A DNA stretch of 20,000 nucleotides, from IMG/VR virus record IMGVR_UViG_3300020047_004915. One strand, given 5' to 3'. The translations under genes and the position numbers were made by a program. The stretch comes from an uncultured virus (IMG/VR IMGVR_UViG_3300020047_004915) (taxonomy: Duplodnaviria > Heunggongvirae > Uroviricota > Caudoviricetes > Schitoviridae). Each line of letters begins with the position of its first letter. The first letter of the stretch is position 1. Of the stretch, positions 14,391 to 20,000 are shown piece by piece. Under the pieces are notes generated by a model. That model was not told the origin of the DNA. It made no database searches and was given only the letters and a program-made list of their open reading frames with translations.

Positions 14391-15872
14391 CTATTTTACT
14401 GCTTTCTTGAGGTTAGCTGCTCCGGGTTGTACAGCTTTAGAGTTGTTAGCCCTAGTGAGTTGCATTCTTGTTTCATACGCCTTAGCTAAGGTGCCATCCG
14501 CAATTGCATTACTCACTAAAGTAGACAGTGTATCAGCAGGTGTTGTATCCCAGTATGCATCCTGAGATTGAAGCATAGCATCCTTAATCAATTCAGGAGG
14601 AACTTCAATACGCACATCTTCCCCATCCTTGTTCTTAAAAGTTATTCCTTTAGCTATCTCTTTAGCCATAGCTTCTGTAACCTGTGCAGAGTTAGTAGCA
14701 CCCCCTGTAATCCCCCATGAAGAATCCTTATTAGCTTTATGCCATGCAGGCATAAGGGTATTCAGGGTTTCTATACCATCAATAGCCCTACCTGCCACTA
14801 CACTAGGAAATCTACCTCCATTTTCTGTATAGGATTTAACTCCTGCTTCTAATCTAGCAGCATTCTGTTGACTTACAGAAGCATCCCTACCAAACAGTGT
14901 CGTAGGCATACCTGTCAATGCTTGCTGGAAGTAAGACATGTTTGTCTGAACATCTGTAGGTGTTAAACCATAGTTACCTGCATTACGTATAGCATCTTCC
15001 ATGTATTTGGTAGATTGAGGAGCGGCAAGTGCTGGATTATTAGCTACAAGACTATTCCACCTCTTTTTCATCTCAGGAGGAAACTCATCGAATTTTACTT
15101 TACCATCATCTGACACTAAATAGTCATTCGCCTTAGCCTCTTCATACACAAGCTTTTCATGTGCTGCAACATCAGCCAAATACTTTGCACCAACAGAATC
15201 TGCATAGTTACGCGCCTGTTGCTGTCTTTGATAGTCCTGTAGTTGAAGGTTAGCCAATCGCTTAGCAGGAGCACCATCATCTAATGCTTGCTTTCTGAGA
15301 CGTAGTTCAGCCTCTGCTTGAGTTTCTTTAAACTCTCTATCATGGTTTTCAACTTGAATCTGTCTCATCAAGTCCAGGATTTCAGGTTTCTGTGGGAAAT
15401 CACCAACCTTCTGCAACTCATCATTAGCAGTCTTAATATCACCTGCATAAACCATGTTACGTACTTGGTTTGCGAAAGGAGTCCATTGAATCTCATCCTG
15501 TTTGGTCTTGTAAGCATCTGCAGTCAAATCCTTACGCATAAGGGTTTCACCACGAGTATCAATAAATTCACGCACCTTCTTTCTATCAAAACCTTTGGCA
15601 CCATATAAGCCAGTAAGTTGCTGCTCCAAGGCACCAGAGTCTTGTGCTTGTTGGAGTTCAGCAGCAGTATTGAAGTTACTAGCAATATCCAGGGCACCCT
15701 CAGTACGGGTGTCAAATGCGTCAGTAGCGATCTGTTGGTTTAGCCCGTGCTTTTGCTTGAGGATATTCAGAAGACCTGTCAAACCAGCATCTACGCTAGT
15801 TTGAGCACCTTCCATCATACGTCCTACCCCCTCAAAGGAGGGGGAGTTTACATTCTGCCATGTGATAGCCAT
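14391..15872 (-). CDS. Putative internal virion/ejection protein (N4 gp51 position), 493 aa
   Basis: Immediately upstream of vRNAP. The MAITWQNV N-terminus is typical of this position in N4-like phages. Ala/Gln-rich and helical-looking, with no Cys seen. Confidence 0.7.
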   Translation of the reverse strand: MAITWQNVNSPSFEGVGRMMEGAQTSVDAGLTGLLNILKQKHGLNQQIATDAFDTRTEGALDIASNFNTAAELQQAQDSGALEQQLTGLYGAKGFDRKKVREFIDTRGETLMRKDLTADAYKTKQDEIQWTPFANQVRNMVYAGDIKTANDELQKVGDFPQKPEILDLMRQIQVENHDREFKETQAEAELRLRKQALDDGAPAKRLANLQLQDYQRQQQARNYADSVGAKYLADVAAHEKLVYEEAKANDYLVSDDGKVKFDEFPPEMKKRWNSLVANNPALAAPQSTKYMEDAIRNAGNYGLTPTDVQTNMSYFQQALTGMPTTLFGRDASVSQQNAARLEAGVKSYTENGGRFPSVVAGRAIDGIETLNTLMPAWHKANKDSSWGITGGATNSAQVTEAMAKEIAKGITFKNKDGEDVRIEVPPELIKDAMLQSQDAYWDTTPADTLSTLVSNAIADGTLAKAYETRMQLTRANNSKAVQPGAANLKKAVK

Positions 15873-15874
15873 GA

Positions 15875-16486
15875 TTACTTAATCCTGTTCCGAGCCATGT
15901 AACTTTCAGGAGATTCAACCTTTGAACTAGCTGAAGCTCTTGCTCTTGCCTTATCTTCCATTTGTGTATTTAACAGTTGTCTCTGATTATTGTAGTTCAT
16001 ATTGAACTGGTCTTTTTGAGTACGTAGTTGATCCTTAGCCAAACCATAGTTCTTCATTCCAAGATACATGTTACCAAGACTACTCAACCCTTGGAGTGCA
16101 GGCATACCCCAACCCATAGTCTCCATCTTGCCTGTCTCAGGATTGATCTTAGGCATGAAGCTACCTGCTAGATCAGAACCTCCTTGTTTAAATTTATCCC
16201 ACATAGTAGGGTTAATTTCAAAGGAGGGGCCACCTACATCTGCCATAGCAGCCATATGATCAAACTCAGGAGGTTGCCATCCGTCCATTGCCATGTCTGT
16301 ATCTATGTTACCTAAACCATTTAATACAGGTAGGGATGGTTTGGTAAATTTTGCCATACCAAGAAGAGATTCAATATACGCTTGTGGGGTAATAGTTCCC
16401 TGTGTAGACATCAAATCTAATGGGGCAGTAGGAGAGGTGTTACCCAAACCATTGTTTACATTTCCGTAAGGACTAGGATATGCCAT
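15875..16486 (-). CDS. Virion structural/ejection protein (N4 gp52-like), ~203 aa
   Basis: The C-terminal pattern GWG..ALQGLSSLGNMYLGMKNYGLAKDQL..QK.QF..NYNNQRQL.NT..ED..RAR...Y...N resembles gp52-like proteins, and synteny agrees. I moved the start to the in-frame ATG at 16486 (MAYPSP), which overlaps the upstream gene by 14 nt. Confidence 0.7.
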   Translation of the reverse strand: MAYPSPYGNVNNGLGNTSPTAPLDLMSTQGTITPQAYIESLLGMAKFTKPSLPVLNGLGNIDTDMAMDGWQPPEFDHMAAMADVGGPSFEINPTMWDKFKQGGSDLAGSFMPKINPETGKMETMGWGMPALQGLSSLGNMYLGMKNYGLAKDQLRTQKDQFNMNYNNQRQLLNTQMEDKARARASASSKVESPESYMARNRIK

Positions 16487-18662
16487 GTTCTTTACTCTCA
16501 AAAAAGCCATCAAATTCCGGTAAGGTTAGCATGGTTTTAACGTACTTGCTAACCGTCTCATACACCTTCACACCTATGTTACCTGAGTGTACTGTACGAT
16601 TATAATATTCATCAGGCGTCTCCCCAAGCAACATCAATGGATTCAATACATTGGATTGATTCATCTCCTTACTAAGTTTTTCCAGCTCATCCATCTTTGC
16701 TTTCATATCTGTGCTGAACTGCAACATCTCATCTGAGATATCATCTATCAACACTTTAGTCATATCAGAGATACCCCCAATAAGACCACTAGCGTACATA
16801 AGTAATTTTTCTGCAGACATGAGTCCTTGTTTTAAGGTTTCTGCACTAAATACTACTTTACCTGTATACAAGGATAAGATTAGAAGAACAATGAGAGAGT
16901 TCTCTAGCCCCAATACATCAACAAGTTCTTTAAATATAAGAGGAACACCTACTACTTGAAACACAAAAGCAGCAATGACATATAGAATACTAGCGCCAGC
17001 TTCTATCAGTGCAAGAGATACTTGAAACGCTTCACCTACAGAGAATACGAACACTGCAATAGCGAGCGCAGTTAAAAAGAAACGAAACCATGCTGTTTGA
17101 TACCATTTAACTTTAACTACTACAGTACTGTTAAATACAAAGTGCATTGCTCTAGCGTATAAAGCCTCCTTATCCAACATGTTAAACATACCAATTACTG
17201 CTAAGTCTAGAGGCACTAAAATGATATTGGTATCATCATCAGTATCTCCAGTAGTATAGTAACCCCCAATAACTTTATAATTACAGGTTAAATCCAATAC
17301 CTGAATTTCCTCATATTGGGTAAGTGATACTTGTTTCCTATATAACATAGAAGATACAGACTGACTCACAGGTACCATCGTAGAACCGTCTTCAGTGTAT
17401 TCCATAGATGTTATTGAAAAAGAAGAAGAAGTACTCCCATACACACCTACAGCACCTATAACACCAGTAACCAATCTACGATATAAGCCACGATTAGTAA
17501 GGGATGTGGTTAATTTAGCATCTTTTATTACAATGCTCTTCTTAACTAAGTTTTCTATTGTTAAGGATGCAATAAGAGCAGTTGCATCTAGATATGTGAC
17601 TTCCCCTCCTAAGCCAAGGAACATATTATTGAAGTACTCATAGAGATACTTCTGTTCTAAAGGATTAGTGGTTTCTGGAGGTACTCCAAATAGGAGTACT
17701 GCTTGAATAACGTCACCTATATCTGGATTCTCAGATATGCTATCAGATAAGGTATCTAAGTCTAAACCGATACGTTTAGCTAATCGTTTAGACGTTATGT
17801 ACTCTTCTGACTCAGTGTCTGCAGTAATTGGTGTGAAATTATTACGAAAGTGAATCCAAGGGTAATACGTACCTGCACTTATAGCCTCACCATCAAATAA
17901 ATCATCCAGAAGAGGATATGTGCCTGCACCTTTCTTGTACATAAAGTATTTAGTTACACCACCAATAACATATTGTGCGTGGAAGTACTCATCTGTAACT
18001 ACATACCATGTAGGAGTTAAGTCTGTAGTTATGATCAGAGTTTCAGTATGAGATTCATACGTATCAGGTAATGGGTAGTTATTGATAGTCACTCTCCATG
18101 TGTAATTGATTTCTAAGCCAATAGCAGTAGCTCCAGCATCTACACGTAACCTGCAATTCCCCTCTAGGTTTCTTAAAGATTCTTCAGAAGTATTGTCTAA
18201 CATGTCTTGAGTAAGAATCAGAGATTTATAGGTAAGTGTAACAGGCCACCCTTTTGAAATGGTAAGCACACTAAGTTCTTCAGTAGTAGCATCATAACCA
18301 TAATCTTCTAACAATAGGGTGTTAGCCACATGGTAATAGTTAAGATCACCAAAAGTAGAATAAGACATGACTACTTCAGCCTCCTCAATAACATCCTGGA
18401 TTACAGTCTCTACTTCAGCAGCACCAGTTACAGAGGTGAGTGGGTACCCTTGAGGTAAACCATGGGTATACATGTTCTTACCATAGGTGTAATAGTTACG
18501 TCCTTTGAATGCCAACCCATCAGTCATAGCAGTATTGATAGACTCCATTATATCTTTGTTCAACAAAGCTGCCTCAGCAGCACCCTTCTTTATGGCAGAT
18601 GGTATAAGGTCATCTGTGATTACCCTAGAGATGGAAGTACCAACGTATCTTTTTCTGGACAT
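16473..18662 (-). CDS. N4 gp53-like virion-associated protein, 729 aa, with C-terminal hydrophobic segments
   Basis: Synteny between the gp54-like and gp52-like genes. KVKWYQT.WF is followed by several hydrophobic stretches and a terminal GETPDEYYNRTVHSGNIG...L.LP motif. Confidence 0.7.
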   Translation of the reverse strand: MSRKRYVGTSISRVITDDLIPSAIKKGAAEAALLNKDIMESINTAMTDGLAFKGRNYYTYGKNMYTHGLPQGYPLTSVTGAAEVETVIQDVIEEAEVVMSYSTFGDLNYYHVANTLLLEDYGYDATTEELSVLTISKGWPVTLTYKSLILTQDMLDNTSEESLRNLEGNCRLRVDAGATAIGLEINYTWRVTINNYPLPDTYESHTETLIITTDLTPTWYVVTDEYFHAQYVIGGVTKYFMYKKGAGTYPLLDDLFDGEAISAGTYYPWIHFRNNFTPITADTESEEYITSKRLAKRIGLDLDTLSDSISENPDIGDVIQAVLLFGVPPETTNPLEQKYLYEYFNNMFLGLGGEVTYLDATALIASLTIENLVKKSIVIKDAKLTTSLTNRGLYRRLVTGVIGAVGVYGSTSSSFSITSMEYTEDGSTMVPVSQSVSSMLYRKQVSLTQYEEIQVLDLTCNYKVIGGYYTTGDTDDDTNIILVPLDLAVIGMFNMLDKEALYARAMHFVFNSTVVVKVKWYQTAWFRFFLTALAIAVFVFSVGEAFQVSLALIEAGASILYVIAAFVFQVVGVPLIFKELVDVLGLENSLIVLLILSLYTGKVVFSAETLKQGLMSAEKLLMYASGLIGGISDMTKVLIDDISDEMLQFSTDMKAKMDELEKLSKEMNQSNVLNPLMLLGETPDEYYNRTVHSGNIGVKVYETVSKYVKTMLTLPEFDGFFESKEHGIS

Positions 18663-18681
18663 GATGATTACTCGTAAAGAT

Positions 18682-18708
18682 AAAAAAAAAGGAGCCTAAG
18701 CTCCTTTT
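18682..18708 (-). terminator. Intrinsic terminator after the gp54-like gene
   Basis: The - strand reads AAAAGGAGC-TTAG-GCTCC followed by a 9-T run, starting 16 nt after the stop at 18724. Confidence 0.85.
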
Positions 18709-18723
18709 AGTGTACATGAAAAA

Positions 18724-19344
18724 TCAAGGCTCAGGAGGCGGAGGCACGGTAGGCATGGTAGTAATACCAATACCATTCAGTAGTTTCTCTACTGATACCC
18801 CCAAGAATACATCATGCAGCTTATTCTCTTCATTGGAAGGAGTGAGTTCATCTGTAGTACGGCGAATATTCCAAGTATTCAACAGAAGCTGTGTGGCTTT
18901 ATGTTCTGCATCCCTAGCAAATCCTTCTGACTGAGCAAGATACAAAGCCTTTTGACGCCCAATAATACTATCAGCATCCACACCTGTAGACTCTACCTGA
19001 GCCAACTCTGTAAGACGTTTCTGTTCCAACACTTCAATCTCTTTGTTGGTACGAGTAACTTGTTGATCCCGCAACAGCAGTTCCTTCTCAAGCACTTGAA
19101 TCTCAAGATTAGTCTTTTCTTGTGCTAAAACCATCTGCAACGAGGTCTGTAGTACTGCCTGTAAGGAACCCAGATATACCGTAGCATACTCAGAACCTTT
19201 GATACGATTGGCTTGGTACTCAGCATCAAGCTGTGCCTTAACACTCCGCATCAATACATCAAACACACCAACTCCTGCGGTACTAGCAGAGGTAAGCTTA
19301 TCTAATGTAATTGTGTTATCACTTCCTGAAGCTACGGTAATCAT
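18724..19344 (-). CDS. Virion structural protein (N4 gp54-like), 206 aa
   Basis: The pattern G.GVFDVLM.SV.AQL..EY..NRI.G.EYA.VY...GRQK.LY..Q..GF.RDAE.K is typical of gp54-like proteins, and synteny agrees. Confidence 0.75.
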   Translation of the reverse strand: MITVASGSDNTITLDKLTSASTAGVGVFDVLMRSVKAQLDAEYQANRIKGSEYATVYLGSLQAVLQTSLQMVLAQEKTNLEIQVLEKELLLRDQQVTRTNKEIEVLEQKRLTELAQVESTGVDADSIIGRQKALYLAQSEGFARDAEHKATQLLLNTWNIRRTTDELTPSNEENKLHDVFLGVSVEKLLNGIGITTMPTVPPPPEP

Positions 19345-19362
19345 GATTTTTATCCAGTCAGA

Positions 19363-19929
19363 TTAATCAATCGAATTTGCCATGGCTTGACGTTGAGCCA
19401 AATCATGCAACTCTTCAGGGGTAAGTTGTGGCATCACTTCAATGGCAAACTCTTTGATCAGTTTACCAGTACGGGAAGTATTACCACGACCATCCTTCTT
19501 GTTCACAAACACTTGGCACTGACGAGCAACCAACTGATTATAGATGATACGAGGAACATGCCAGCCTTCATCAGCATTGAAGGGGATGTACTTCTTGAAG
19601 GTACCCACCGTAGCATTACTTACGGTAAAAATCTCACCTGCCCACTCTTTCTTAGCAGGGTTCATACAGGTAACACGAATACGGATAAGCTCACCAGCTT
19701 CTTGCTTTTTACGCAGTCTACGTTGACCATCAGTTTCCTTTGCAACTACAGGAGCAGCTACCGTGGTTTCTTCTTCTTTGTCTGCAGAAGTGTTCAATAC
19801 TGCAGCAATCTTCTCACGCAACTTCTCAACACCAATAGACGGATGGTAGGAAATACCCATCAAGTCTGCACGCTTCTTTAGGCTGACAATTTCATCAGGG
19901 ATAGGCAGATCATCATAAGACTCTTGCAT
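19363..19929 (-). CDS. N4 gp55-like protein, 188 aa
   Basis: The pattern LK.RADLMGI.YHPSIG.EKL.EKI...L.RIRVTCMNP.KKEW.GEIFTV.N..VGT.KKY.PF...GWHVP...KEFAIEV...LT..EL..LA..QA is typical. GGAG RBS. The position is directly downstream of the expected capsid gene. Confidence 0.8.
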   Translation of the reverse strand: MQESYDDLPIPDEIVSLKKRADLMGISYHPSIGVEKLREKIAAVLNTSADKEEETTVAAPVVAKETDGQRRLRKKQEAGELIRIRVTCMNPAKKEWAGEIFTVSNATVGTFKKYIPFNADEGWHVPRIIYNQLVARQCQVFVNKKDGRGNTSRTGKLIKEFAIEVMPQLTPEELHDLAQRQAMANSID

Positions 19930-19947
19930 TTTAGTTCTCCAAGGGAC

Positions 19948-19975
19948 AAAGGAAAGGGGAGGTTTCCCTCCCCTT
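19948..19975 (-). terminator. Hairpin terminator downstream of the upstream (probable major capsid) gene
   Basis: The - strand reads AAGGGGAGG-GAAA-CCTCCCCTT (9-bp stem, GNRA loop) followed by TCCTTTGT. Confidence 0.7.
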
Positions 19976-19989
19976 AGTGGTGTTACAGA

Positions 19990-20000
19990 TTACAGGGTGG
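19990..20000 (-). CDS. Probable extreme 3' end of the major capsid protein gene (...T-L-stop)
   Basis: Only (n)CC ACC CTG TAA is visible on the - strand. The call rests on N4 synteny (gp56 precedes gp55) and the hairpin that follows. Confidence 0.35.

Noticed and set aside
14391..15872. Lysozyme/transglycosylase domain in the gp51-position protein
   Set aside because: Some N4-like phages have one at this position, but I could not see a catalytic motif here.
1..20000. CRISPR arrays, tRNA/rRNA genes, introns, inteins or transposases
   Set aside because: None recognised. The window is almost fully coding, intergenic gaps are under 100 nt, and the vRNAP inserts show no intein terminal motifs (C/S...HN).

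Overview
The window is part of an N4-like (Schitoviridae-type) phage genome. It spans the junction where the + strand replication/middle genes converge on the - strand late virion genes. The + strand carries the 3' end of an N4-type SSB gene, a hypothetical gene, a RuvC-like resolvase, a 91-aa acidic protein and a 59-aa membrane protein missed by the ORF track, ending at a bidirectional hairpin terminator (~1839-1869). The - strand carries, right to left, the probable last codons of the major capsid gene, N4 gp55/54/53/52/51-like genes (assigned mainly by synteny), and a 4140-aa, apparently cysteine-free virion RNA polymerase (vRNAP). This vRNAP is about 640 aa longer than that of N4 and looks polyvalent. 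Its T7-family polymerase core is flanked by a macrodomain-like module (~10450-10800) and a circularly permuted YpsA-type SLOG module (~6450-6903), followed by an HExxH zincin. By inference these are injected nucleotide/ADP-ribose-handling counter-defence modules. Polymerase motif B has Phe where T7 (Y639) and N4 mini-vRNAP (Y678) have the Tyr that discriminates rNTPs from dNTPs. All assignments come from motif recognition and synteny, without database searches.
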